From the human T2T-CHM13v2.0 reference genome, Homo sapiens: a stretch of 64,000 nucleotides of DNA. The first letter of the stretch is position 1. Every line of letters begins with the position of its first letter. Below, piece after piece: positions 1 through 22,659 of this stretch. The DNA is taken from NCBI RefSeq assembly GCF_009914755.1, contig NC_060944.1. One strand, written 5' to 3'. A model generated the notes under the pieces. That model saw only the letters and a list, made by a program, of their open reading frames with translations, was not told the DNA's origin and ran no database searches. A program made the position numbers and the translations under genes.

Positions 1-399
1 ATAGCCCTTAAGATTAGAAAGCGGCTGGGATAGCAGAGGCGACTGGCCGCGTTACCGACTGACCAACTGACCAGGTGACTTAGTGAGTAACTTCGTTAAG
101 TAAGGAAACTCAGTACCATTACATTTACCGAAAGCTGACAACTTTTCAGATGCAGCGCTCCCAGTTTAAGGAAAGTGCAGTTGGAGGCGGCGTGGGGCAG
201 AGGGAGCCAGCCTCTGAACGAACTGCCCCAGGGTCGCGGAGAGGCGAGGCTGGAAAAGAAAGGTTGAGGAAGTCGGGGGACCTAGGCTGCCAGGACGCCC
301 AATAGCCTCCAGAGGTTCTGGTGGACCAGAGCCTGCGCACTCCGCCGAGAGCATGCCCTTGGCTCATCCAATCAGAGCGGCGGATCCAGGCGCCTGTCT

Positions 400-413
400 G
401 TCGCCTTGGCAAC
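400..413 (+). promoter_or_regulatory. RFX X-box
   Basis: GTCGCCTTGGCAAC matches the 14-bp X-box GTTGCCATGGCAAC at 12/14 positions; 64 nt upstream of the ATG; typical of ciliary/flagellar genes. Confidence 0.8.
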
Positions 414-476
414 GGGACGCATAAGCACGCGAGGCGCGCGGTGGCGGTTTGGATCTGGCCCCTGGGGAATCGCGTT

Positions 477-491
477 ATGTCGCGACCGAAG
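477..491 (+). CDS. TTLL9: TTLL9 first coding exon (MSRPK), phase-0 donor
   Basis: ATG TCG CGA CCG AAG|gtagga inside the CpG island; joins in frame to NQNYKGHG; resembles the recalled mouse N-terminus MSRQKNQNSKGHG. Confidence 0.8.
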
Positions 492-687
492 GTAGGAGTC
501 GACCTGACCCAGATGCTTTTATCGTCCCTAGAAAAAGGGAGGAAAGCAGCAGAGGGATTCAAAATCGGTTGGGGATGGGTGTTCCTCGCGGAATGGGTAG
601 GGGTGGGGCGGGGGGGGCGGGGTGGGTTGTTCTCGCGGAGGAATTCCGAAAACAGGAAGAAAAAAAGCCGAGGAACTCAGAGGAAAG

Positions 688-710
688 ACTACAAGTCCCG
701 GCATGCACCG
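688..710 (+). promoter_or_regulatory. ZNF143/THAP11-type ACTACA-SBS motif
   Basis: ACTACAAGTCCCGGCATGCACCG resembles ACTACAnnTCCCAGnATGC. Confidence 0.65.
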
Positions 711-854
711 CGCCGCCCAAGCTGCTGCGCAAGTCCCGCGAGCCCGGCCAGCTGGCGGGAAGTTTACACAACAGTGGGACTCTAAGCTCCGTGACCCCAG
801 GGGAAGTTGAACCTCAGAATTTCAGATTTCCTGACTTGGCGAAACCCGCCTGCC

Positions 855-900
855 CGTCCATCCGTCCATCCATCCATCCATCCATCCGTTTATTCATCCA
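855..900. repeat. (TCCA)n microsatellite
   Basis: Directly visible; (CA/TG)n tracts also at 9660-9688, 15313-15410, 32463-32507 and 40853-40907. Confidence 0.9.
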
Positions 901-1064
901 TTCAAAACAACGCTAATTAGTGTCTTTTCCAAGCCAAGCTCAGTGCCGGCCAAGGGACACAGGTGAATCAGACAAACCTCTGCCCTCCAAGAGGGCACAG
1001 ACCAACTCTCCCATTTTAAGAATGGGAAAAATGAAAGTCCAAGAGGGAAAATGAATTACAGTAA

Positions 1065-1757
<693 letters not shown>

Positions 1758-3751
1758 TCAACCTCTTATTTCTTTTAATTCCCTCTCACAACAAAAAATG
1801 AGTTTATCTGCTTTCAGAGTGCCTTGAACTTTGCCTTTTTACTACAATTCATTATTCATGTGACTATTTGTTTAACATCTGTCTTCCCTGCTGCTCTGGG
1901 ATCTAATCTGACTTGTTCTTCCCTGTATCCCTGGTCCTCAGCAGAGCTGACTACAGTTGATACATGTTGAATGACTATTGAACTACCTGTCTAGATGCTC
2001 AGCTAAAAACTGGGACTGTTGACTCCTCCATCTTCCTCACATCCCACATCCAATAAAAGCCTCCTTCCTTTAACTTTCTAAATATGTCTTGAATTTATTT
2101 TTTCCTCTACCTCAACTACCACTATGCTAATCATGACCAAACTCTCAAATTTTAAAAATTAATACTCTTTAAATACACAGATTGGGACACATATAACTTT
2201 TTTTTTTTTTTTTTTTTTGGAGACAGTGTCTCATTCTGTTGCCCAGGCTGGAGTGCAGTGGCATGAACACGGCTCACTGAAGCTTCAACCTCTTGGGCTC
2301 TAGTGATCCTCCTGCCTCAGCTTCCTGCATATCACTTTATGAAAGTGTTAGAAAAAAAGAAAACAAACATCTACTGAAATAGTCCCTTCCCTTGAACCCG
2401 ACTGATTCCTTTGAAAGGAAGGACGAACTGCAGGTTGCTGAAGAATGCACAAACTCTTAGCAGTCTACACTGTGAATATAGTATAGACATGGGTGTAGCA
2501 GACCATGTTGGATGAAGGAAAAAAATAGTGGACTACTTCTTTGTGATGCTATGAATTTTGTTTTTGTTGTTGGAAAGGGAAAGAAAGGTCTCCTGTATAT
2601 TGACTTAGGACTTTGTGGTTTCTTTCAAATGACCCAGGGGAAATAGGAGTATGAACTTATTTGAGCAGGAACGTTCATGTCAGCCTTAAGAGAACATGCC
2701 AGGATATACTTTGTGTACCCTCACGAAAATATGCCTAGAGAAGGCCAGAGGTCAGAATACCGCGTGTTCCAACCTTTGACCCCATCTCCTCAAGGTTATG
2801 GTCGCCAAGACCTCAGCTCTGAGTTGTGCTGGGAACTCTCCAGAGGGCTAAGGGGAAATGAGGAATTGGATCAGGCAGGAATGAAGCTGGGATTAGTGGA
2901 ACCAGCTAAGCAATGAAGCTGATCTCTGGTTAGATAATCAAAGTCTTGGGTAAGCTGGTGTGGCAAACTGGTTTCAGCATGGCTGTCTCCACCTGGTAGG
3001 TATTACCAGGGAGCTCAGAGCAGGACTCCAGGAATAGAGACAGGAATGAAGGCAGGTGGCAATGTCACCAGCCTATGCTCTTTTTGACTCAACACCAACT
3101 GGCGCCATTCGTGCTACCTTCCATGAATGGCACCAACGAGAAATAAAATTAAAGTTCTCTGTTTGTAGCCCATACAAGCAACTAAGCCACTTTTGAATCA
3201 TTTTCTCAATAAGATAATTTTTTAAAAAAAAACTCTTGTAGCCTTGTCTTTTCTAAATGCATTATTTTAGTGGTTTGGGGAAAGTATTTATATCCCTGGG
3301 CTGTTTTTTGGGTCAAGATAGTAATAGGACTTCTATCTCAGGCAATATGACAGATGAGATTTCTTGAAAAGCTTATTAACACAACACACTTAAAACTGCT
3401 GGGCAAAATGTAACAAACATCCTTTGAACTGTATAGCTGACCTGTTTATGTGGAGGGGTAAGGATTGGTAGAAGAAAAATCCCCAAGGAACCCCCACCCT
3501 AACACACACACACAAAAAGGAAAATAAAAAAACAGAATTGTCACTAACTGATTCTTCATTCGTCATTTCCCTTGGGGAAGACATTGATTGTCTCACAAAC
3601 AGGAGTTGGAGAGTGTCATGGGGCCCACTGGGCAAGGAGTTGGAACTGAGACCTCACCATAAAGCTGGACCCTTCAGAGACCCCCACCCTTAGTAAAGGT
3701 GTAATTAGAACCAATTTACCCTTCAGCAGTGGGAGACAGCTAGGAAGCTAG

Positions 3752-4090
<339 letters not shown>

Positions 4091-4329
4091 AAGAATTCTT
4101 AATCTTAGATGAGTCCTCAGGCTAATCTGAGAAATGCTTAATAAAATGTTACCATAAAGTTTACTGTTCTTGGGGGCCCAGGCAGATGTAAATGTTAAAC
4201 ATCTCTGAGTCAAACATCTTTGACTCCTATAATGGTCAAATTACATAATAATTACCTAATAAAAGATGTTTTAAATGAATTATATAATTGCATAATTACA
4301 TAAGAAAAGATGTTTTAAATAAGTTAAAA

Positions 4330-6110
<1,781 letters not shown>

Positions 6111-6281
6111 TAAAGATAAAATACAAAAAGACAAGGACAGCTTGACTAGTGTTGGGGGAGTTGGAAGGGCTTGAATGGAAGAATGAAACAAGATTTCACT
6201 GTGTTTCAGTGGGGCTTGCTTCTGCCAGTTTTGTAAAGCAGTTTCCTCCACTCCTCTCCGCCGCTCTTTGAGGGGTAGGCT

Positions 6282-6860
6282 GGTGTGCTAAGCAGAATTC
6301 TCAGATGGGCCCCAAGATTCCCACCCCCTAGAGTACATGCCTTGTACAATTCTCTCTCCTTGAGCATGGAGGAGTCTGTGAATTTGATGGTGTGGTTACT
6401 ATGGTGGTTACCTTCCATTACTTAAGACTCCATCATAGGTGACTTGGAGAGGGGAGGATTGGAAGTCAGAGGGACGTGCTCCATGTGGCCTGGAGGAAAA
6501 CAAATTTGCATGTTGTGAAGTGCCTGTGGGGGCCACACTGCAGGGAGCTGCAGGCAGCCTCTAGGAGCTGAGAGCAGTCCCCAGCAGACAGCTAGCAAGT
6601 AAACAGGGACCTCCGTCCTACAACCCTAGGCAACTGAATTCTGCCTACAACCTGAATGAGCTTGGAAGGGGACCCCACACGCCAGATGAGAGCCATAACC
6701 CCAGCCATCACCTTGACTGTGGCCTTGTGAGAGCTGAGCCAATGATGCAGCTAAGTCATGCCCACGCTCCTGGCCCATGGAAACTGAGATAATGGATTCC
6801 CATCATTTTAAGCCACTGATTTTGTGGTAATTTGTTACCCAGCAATAGAAAATGAATGCA
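6282..6860. mobile_element. MLT1 MaLR LTR
   Basis: cagcctctaggagctgagagcagtcc, ctgaatgagcttggaag, and the tttgtggtaatttgttacccagcaatagaaa terminus. Confidence 0.8.
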
Positions 6861-7134
6861 GATGGCAGGTCTGTCCCAGCTGCAAATGTCATCCTGCACA
6901 GGACCAATTTCGATTTCTCTCTTCATACGTGCCTTAGGAATTGGTCTTCCCAGGACAGAGGGCCAAGCTGTTTTGGACATGGTTGAAGTGAAATAATACC
7001 CACCACCCACTGAGGATTTGAAAGGTCCAATTGGGGTGAAAGGAATGAACATTGCTCTGAGTCTTTGACCTAGCCCCTTCTGGGATCCTCAATTTAATCA
7101 AACATTCCAAGTTAAGAGTAAAAAGTCCAGATCA

Positions 7135-7449
<315 letters not shown>

Positions 7450-7791
7450 TCACAGAGTGTATTGAACTGAGCTTTCAAAACTGGGGTTCAGGGCTGACCT
7501 TTGGAGTACTGAAAACCAGGCATTTGCTATACTGGTCATACCTGTGGAGCAAACCTGCAGTAAGGTGGTACCTTGGATACTTGGGAGTTCATTCACAGCA
7601 GATAAATTCTGGTCCATTTGCTGGGGACATGGTGGCCAGTGGGAACTTGATCAGGCTGGACCTTCGTGTCTCAGAACCTAGGCATTGTTGAGTCTGACGG
7701 TTTGGGCATTTTAATATCTGCAGTAAGTTAACCTGGGAAAACAGGGCAGATATACAAAACCAGTTACATCCTTTTCCTTTCCTCATTGCAG

Positions 7792-7835
7792 AACCAAAAT
7801 TACAAGGGCCATGGATTGTCAAAGGGAAAAGAGCG
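7792..7835 (+). CDS. TTLL9: TTLL9 exon 2 (NQNYKGHGLSKGKER)
   Basis: cttttcctttcctcattgcag|AAC...GAGCG|gtgagt; 44 nt, phase 0 to 2. Confidence 0.92.
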
Positions 7836-8444
7836 GTGAGTGGTCCCATCCAATCCAACAATCACAGCGCAACCAACTTCTCTCCCTCCCTCCCCTTTTC
7901 AATCCCTCTCTCCCTTTTCTACTTCAACAATTATAATGAAAATGATAGTAGAAGGAGTAATGCTAAACCATTATTGAGCACTTACCATGTGCCAGGCTCT
8001 GGGCCTGTCACTTTACCTGTATTAGCTCATTGAATCCTGACCACAACCATTTGAAGTAGATACTACTATTGTGTCCATTTTACAGATGGAGAAACGGAAG
8101 CTCAAAAAGGCTAAGTGACTTGCTCAAGATCACATGATCAGTTAGGGGCAGAGCTAGTTGGACTCCAGGGCCCACTGTCTAACTTTGGTCTCTCCTGCCT
8201 CCTTCAACAACCCTGTGATGACTTGATGACTTGCATGTCAGCTGTGCTCTGATCTTCTGCTTCACTCTGCATGGATAACCTGCATGCCAAACCCAGCACC
8301 CCTTTGGATCTCCTAAAGAGAATCCACTTGCACAAAGGAGGAGTGAGCAACGTAGACTTTACTGAAGATTTTTGTGGGGAGTTAGAGGAGGTAGTTTACA
8401 TAGCAAATGTTTTAGATAGTTTATTCTTTGGTTCATTAGATATC

Positions 8445-8803
<359 letters not shown>

Positions 8804-9044
8804 CAGATATTTTTGTTATTTCTAAAGTCCCTCCTGGCTATACTACCACTGAGGAGGGCATGTGTGATTTGAGATGCTTCTCTCATGCAGTGCCCATCTT
8901 CTTTGCCTTCTTTCTCTCCATACTGACTATCCCACCAACTTCAAATCTCTCACTCTCTTATGTAGTGCAATTCAGCAATGTTCTGAATCCTGGCCCTAAA
9001 CATACATGCCCACCTTAACAAAACAAAGAGCACTTAACAGGCCT

Positions 9045-9632
<588 letters not shown>

Positions 9633-9658
9633 AGGCCCCATCTACTTATTTTATAAAG

Positions 9659-9694
<36 letters not shown>

Positions 9695-9889
9695 TTACCA
9701 TAAAATATTTTTTATTTATGTGCCTTATTGAGGGCACATATAGATATGTGTTCCACTACCAGTAAGAGAAAACTCATAATAGTAGCTTAAACAAATTGTA
9801 TTTATTTTATTCACAAAGAGTGAAGAAAAAGAGTCTGGAGTGCTGGTACAGTGGTTCAATAATGTCAGAGCCAGCATCTTCATGATTGC

Positions 9890-10480
<591 letters not shown>

Positions 10481-10589
10481 TCATGATTGTCTTGACCTCT
10501 TCCTCATGGAGACCAAATGGCCACTACAGCTCCAGCCTTCATGTCATGATCAGGACAGGAAGAAGAGGGGAGGGAAGAATCAAGCCACA

Positions 10590-10647
<58 letters not shown>

Positions 10648-10778
10648 TCCTTCCTTCCTTCTTTCTTTCTTTCTCTTTCTTTCTTTCTTTCTTGCTTTCT
10701 TGCTTTCTTTCCCTCCCTTCCTTCCTTCCTTCCTTCCTTCCTTCCTTCCTTCCTTCCTTCCTTCCTTCCTTCCTTCCT

Positions 10779-10853
<75 letters not shown>

Positions 10854-10862
10854 CTTTCTTTC
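10590..10862. repeat. (TTTC)n/(CTTC)n compound microsatellite
   Basis: Pure pyrimidine tetramer arrays, about 270 bp. Confidence 0.97.
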
Positions 10863-11163
10863 ATCAAAAGAGCAAAACTTTCCCAGGAACTTACCCTTTC
10901 TAGCAGTCTTATGTTTCTATCTTATTGACTAGAATTGTGTCACATGGCCACCCCAACTGCATGAGTAGCTAGGAATACAAGTTATGTAAGTGTTGTTGTA
11001 CTGTTATTACTATTCTGCACCCTGCTTTTGTCACACAAAATGATATGTTTGGTGTTTATCCACATTGGCACCTGTAGCTCTGAATGCATTTTAACTGCTA
11101 CCTCTGTTTCATTGTGTATCGCAAGTTATTTACCCATCTTCCTGTGGAAAGGCACTTACGAAG

Positions 11164-11640
11164 TATTGGTTCCACTAGAAACTGACCCTGAGGGAAGGAT
11201 GTGAGAGCAAGTGGTTTATTTGGAAGGTAATTCCAGTGAGCACTGACAGGGAAGTGGGGAAATAAGACAGCTAAGGAGAGAAACCAGTAAAAGGTGCATC
11301 ATCGACAGGTAATTGCTGTGGACAGTGGGCTGAATCCCCCAGGGAATTCCTGGGAGAACGTAGAATGCACTGCAGACTTATCCTAAGTGAGAGATGAGAG
11401 ACTTAGCGGATTTATCCACCAACTCCAGTCGTCACTGGTTGTATGCTGTTGGCAGAGGGTCAGTTCACGCTGGTGCTTCCAATCTGCTCCACATGCTGGC
11501 TGAGCAGACTCCGGGGGCCAGGGAAAACCCTCAGGTAGCATCGAAGGTGCTGGCAGTGGGAAGCTCTTTGATTTGCATGCACAGGAGTGGTGAATGCCAA
11601 AGGGATATGGGTGGACCACCAACAGTTGTGCCACAGGTTA
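11164..11640. mobile_element. LTR16-like ERVL LTR
   Basis: gaccctgag...gcaagtggtttatttggaaggtaattccag signature. Confidence 0.6.
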
Positions 11641-12129
11641 TTTCTATAAAAAATATTAACAATTACATATAAGCATCCTTGCTCACGTGTTTCCTGGTAG
11701 AAATGCAGAGTACAAACCCAGGGTATAGAGCTAGGACAGGTTGCTGAGTTTAGGGTACGTGCATATTCGACTTTACTAAAAACCGCCCGGTGACCCTGCA
11801 AAGTGTGTTCTACCAGCAGAGGAGGAGTTTCCATTGTATTCCATTGTTGCCAAAACTTGGACCTTTATATTTTTGCCAGTCTGATGTGTGTGACATAGTC
11901 CTTGATCTTTGTAATATGCCAAATTGCTCTCCAAAGGTATGTCCAATGTGCACCCCATCAGCATTGTAAGATAATTGTCATTTCTCCACATTCTTGTGAA
12001 TATTTGGTATTTGTCTGATTTTTAATATTTTCTGCAAACTGATGGATTTTGAAATTGTATCTCTTTGTCGTTTCGGGTCTATTGCATGTATTTTTAGTAG
12101 TTCATGTTGTCTCCTCTATTGACTTTTAG

Positions 12130-18170
<6,041 letters not shown>

Positions 18171-19116
18171 CAGCTCTCCTCTAGGCCCCCTTTAACATCA
18201 CCCCAGAGTGGGAGGGGCACTTCATTACGGCCAGACTGGGGAGGAAGTCCAGGCTCCACACATGGTCTCCACTGCTGCAGTGGGGGTGGGAGGCTCATTA
18301 CCGCCTGGCAGGGATGAAAGCCTGGCTCTGTCTGTGGCCTTCTCTGACAGCACCGAGCGGGGGTGTTGGGTGCCCTGCTGCAAACTCAGGGGAAGTCTGG
18401 ACTCCCTACTCGGCCTTTCCTGGCATCACTGGGAGTGGGCCACAGATGTGTTCTTGGGGGTCTGGCTGGAGTAGAGCAGTGATTGCCCAAGTCCTCTGTC
18501 TGGCTAGGCCGCTCCTTTCTTGGTCCTTTGGCTAGGACGGGGTGCTTTTGTCGAAGCTTTTGTCGTCTATGCCCATTGGCATTTCTGGGTTGGTGGCTTT
18601 TCATCTCCATATCTGAACTATATGAGACAAAAAGGAAACCCAGGGAATTCACCACCATGTAGTTCCCGTGGTCCTGAAATCTCCAGCCAGTCTGCCTTCT
18701 TCTCTTTCAGTCTTATATTTGTTTTATAGATAGTATCTTGAGTTTTCAGTTGTATCAGTAGGAGGAATAGGAAAAAGTACATCTGCTTCATCTTCCCAGA
18801 TGATTGCCAGGAGAGGGCTTTGCAAATACTTATCATTTCATGTAAGGATTAGTCATAGCACATGGAAAGCAACCAGACCATGCCTGGCACATAGTAGGCT
18901 TGGATACAATGATCGTTATTTTTCAATGATTTGAAGATTCTGTAATTCTCAATCTGATTATGTTAAGTGTTATCATGCTCTAATGCTAAATTCTGAAATA
19001 CAGTGTGGAACTTTCCAGGTATGGAACTTGACTTCTCTTCCTCCTTTTTTCCTCTCCTTGCGCCATCCTAGGAAAATCATTGATCCTGAGCAAATGTTCA
19101 TTGCCTTGTCTTGCAG

Positions 19117-19209
19117 AGAGCAGAGAGCATCGATCCGGTTCAAGACCACCCTCATGAACACACTCATGGACGTCCTTCGCCACAGGCCAGGATGGGTGGA
19201 AGTGAAGGA
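19117..19209 (+). CDS. TTLL9: TTLL9 exon 3 ([30 protein letters not shown])
   Basis: ttgtcttgcag|A...AAGGA|gtaaga; 93 nt, phase 2 to 2. Confidence 0.93.
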
Positions 19210-19991
19210 GTAAGACCCTCCCCCCAGCCTTGTCCCTCCTTCCCTTTGTCTCACAGGTCCTTGTCTTCCTTTGTTTTTCTCCCAGTTCCCCTGGGTGGCC
19301 ACTGGGACTTGTCCCAAAGTGGCTGTGACATTTATTTAGCACCCACAATGTGCCAGGCACATTATCACTATCATCTCTGTCTTATTTAAGCCTTCCAACT
19401 AAACCGTAAGATAAGATTATGTTCAGAGTTAGGAAACCAATTGCTTAAGGTCACACAGCATTGTAAGCATCAGAGCAGGATTCAAACCCAGGCACGTTTG
19501 TGTCCTGTGGTTTTCAGTAGAAACTAGGAATGTAGCTACCACAGACCTGTGGCCTGGATCCTCCAGTGACGGGTCCAGATCAAGGACTGCTCTTCCCTGG
19601 CCACTTGCTAGTTCTGTGACTTTGGCCTGTAAGCCTACCTTTCTTCTTTCATGCTGGCCTCTGGGGATACTGATTGAGACAAACCAGCATGTGATGCCTG
19701 GCACAGAGTAGGTGCTATTAGTTATGGCTAAGGTTTGGATGTATGCAATGGAAACCCAAAGTAAAAGAGGCTTCGACATGCTAGAAGTTTATCTGTCTCA
19801 TTGAAGTCCATATGTAGGAAGTTCAGAGATGGTAAGGGGGCCCCACAGAAATGTGGGATCCATCTGCTTCTGTCTTTCCATTCTACTATCCCTTAGGTGA
19901 GGTCCTTGTTTTTCATAGTCCAAGGTAGAGCTCCAGTCTTGCTTTCACATTCCAAACAGCAGGAGGTAGGCAGGAGGCAATAAAAGGCATA

Positions 19992-20704
<713 letters not shown>

Positions 20705-21897
20705 AATCTGGAAAATGTAGTTTTTATTCAGGGAAATACAGGCTACATTTTCCCAAGTAAATGCTGAAAATTCTTTTACTGTAGAGAAAGGGGAAAAGGG
20801 ATAGGAGGGGTAGCTGCCCTGCTGCGTGGTGCTCAGGAAATATTTGCTGCTTACCATTAGCTAAGTCTGCTGGACACTCTAACATTTCGCATGCATGATC
20901 TTTTAATCATCCCAACAAATCTTTCAGGTAGGTGTTATCATCATCCCCATTTTACTAATGAGAAAACTGGGCACAAAGTAGTGAAAATGCCATGTTTGAG
21001 GTCACTCAGCTTGTGAGGGTTTGGGCTGGGATTTGCATTGAGTCTGCTGTCTGCAGAGCCACAGCCTCATCTTATAGTGGCTTCTCAGTGGATTGAAGCA
21101 ACAAATGAGCAGATGTTATGAATCTGTGATTCCCACTGCTTGGGAAGGCTTTACTAAATCATCCCATGAAAAATTAGGAGTTGGCTGTGGTGCAGGTAAC
21201 TCAAGACACCAGCGTCTTCTCTTTAGGGCTTTGGGGAATATTACAACAATGACAGTGATGTTGAGGATGTGGTGATGGCAGCCTTTGTGGATTTGCCTTC
21301 TTGGTTCTCTTGTGATCATGCTAATATCCGCACAGGGTTTCCTTCCCTGGATCCAGAGAACGGGTGTCATGAAAAGTGCTTGGGGGGAGTTGGGAGGAGA
21401 GTTAGAAGAGAGTGAGGTGACTAGCAGGTGGGGGTGGTGTAGGGGAGAGAGAGCAATGTCCCCATCTGCTGTGTGACCTCTGTCCACTCCCTGCCCCTCT
21501 CCTGCCTCTGCTCAATGGGCAGGGGAAGAGAGTCTGAGGATTTGTCTGGTGCTAACAGTGTGGGAGCCCAGAAGCAGGGTGCTCCATGGCTGGTCCCAGA
21601 TTGTCTCAAGAATCCTTAAATCAGGAAGGGCCCAGAGGCCAGGGCCTTTTCCTTCAACACAGCTCTGTGAATCCAAGGCCTCATCCTTTAGGACCTAAGC
21701 TGGGTCTGGAATTTCCAGACAGAATCAGGTCTCAGTTCAGACTGCCAACCCATCAGGTCAGTTTAGAACAGATGTGGCCAGAGCTGTCCCTTCCCTTGCT
21801 TCCCCCTGAGAAAGATACATGAAGCCTTGGAACTATAGCAACCATACTGTGACCCCGACACGATGAGCATGAGGACACGTTAAGGATGGCAGAATGG

Positions 21898-22042
21898 ATA
21901 CTTACCTGGCAGGGGAAATGCCATGAGTGGAAGGAGGTTTTCTCAGGGCAAGGCTCATGTATTGCTCTCCCGATGTGCTGACCCCTGCGATTTTCTCCAA
22001 TGTGGGAAACTCGATTGTGTAATTTATGATGGTCGGAGACTG
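21898..22042 (+). pseudogene. U1 snRNA pseudogene, 3'-truncated
   Basis: ATACTTACCTGGCAGGGGA...GATGTGCTGACCCCTGCGATTT...TGTGGGAAACTCGA aligns to U1; the U1-70K loop, U1A loop (ATTGCTC) and Sm site (AATTTATGA) are mutated; stem-loop 4 is incomplete. Confidence 0.93.
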
Positions 22043-22659
22043 GGAAGGTGGAAAGAACCTGAATCTCCACTGACCTTGTTAAGAGGCAATTTGATGTCTT
22101 CCTGGGTGATTTAAGAGCAACTTGATTGTGACAATCATGAAAATGGTGTGCAAATGAATGAACTTTTGGTATCAGAATAGAATACGAAATCCACACGGTG
22201 GTCTACAAGGCCCTGCTTGATTGGGCCCTTCCCAACTCTTCAGTTTGGTCTCTGACTTCTTTCCTTCCGCCCTGGCTTTTCTTAGTGTTCTTGAACATGC
22301 TCTTCCCAACCTCAGGGCCCCAGTCCCTGCTCTTCCCAGTGCTAGAACCTTCCCCATTGCTTTTGACTAGGCTGCACCTCCTTATCCTTCAGATCTCAGC
22401 TGAAAGGTCCTTCCACAGGGTGACTCCACCCAGCGTAGGTCCCTCAACTACCCCGCCTCATGGCCTCTACTGGATCACGTGGCGGCTCACTTCACAATTC
22501 TTTATTATAGAGTTGTTTCCTTGTTTATTGTTAATCTTCCCCACAAGACTGTGCGCACCACCTGGCAAGGTATTCTGTTTCCTCCTGTATCACTGGCATC
22601 CAACATGGTCTCTGACACAGAGATAACCTCAACACATACATGTTGGAAGAAAAAATATA

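Larger units (their letters stand above)
1..860. promoter_or_regulatory. TTLL9: CpG-island promoter of TTLL9
   Basis: GC- and CpG-rich stretch (cgcgaggcgcgcgg, tcgcgac, ccgcgccgc) in an otherwise CpG-depleted window; surrounds the first coding exon; CCAAT boxes at 299-303 and 368-372. Confidence 0.85.

Noticed and set aside
146-916. Several 138-155 aa ORFs in the CpG island
   Set aside because: Expected from high GC content; only the 15-nt MSRPK exon has splice and homology support
2340-2760. Non-Alu sequence in intron 1 that might be a pseudogene fragment
   Set aside because: No recognisable reading frame, motif or splice pair by eye
4243-4325. Short tandem duplication (ataattac.taa.aaaagatgttttaaat, twice)
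   Set aside because: AT-rich local slippage next to old L1; no functional signal
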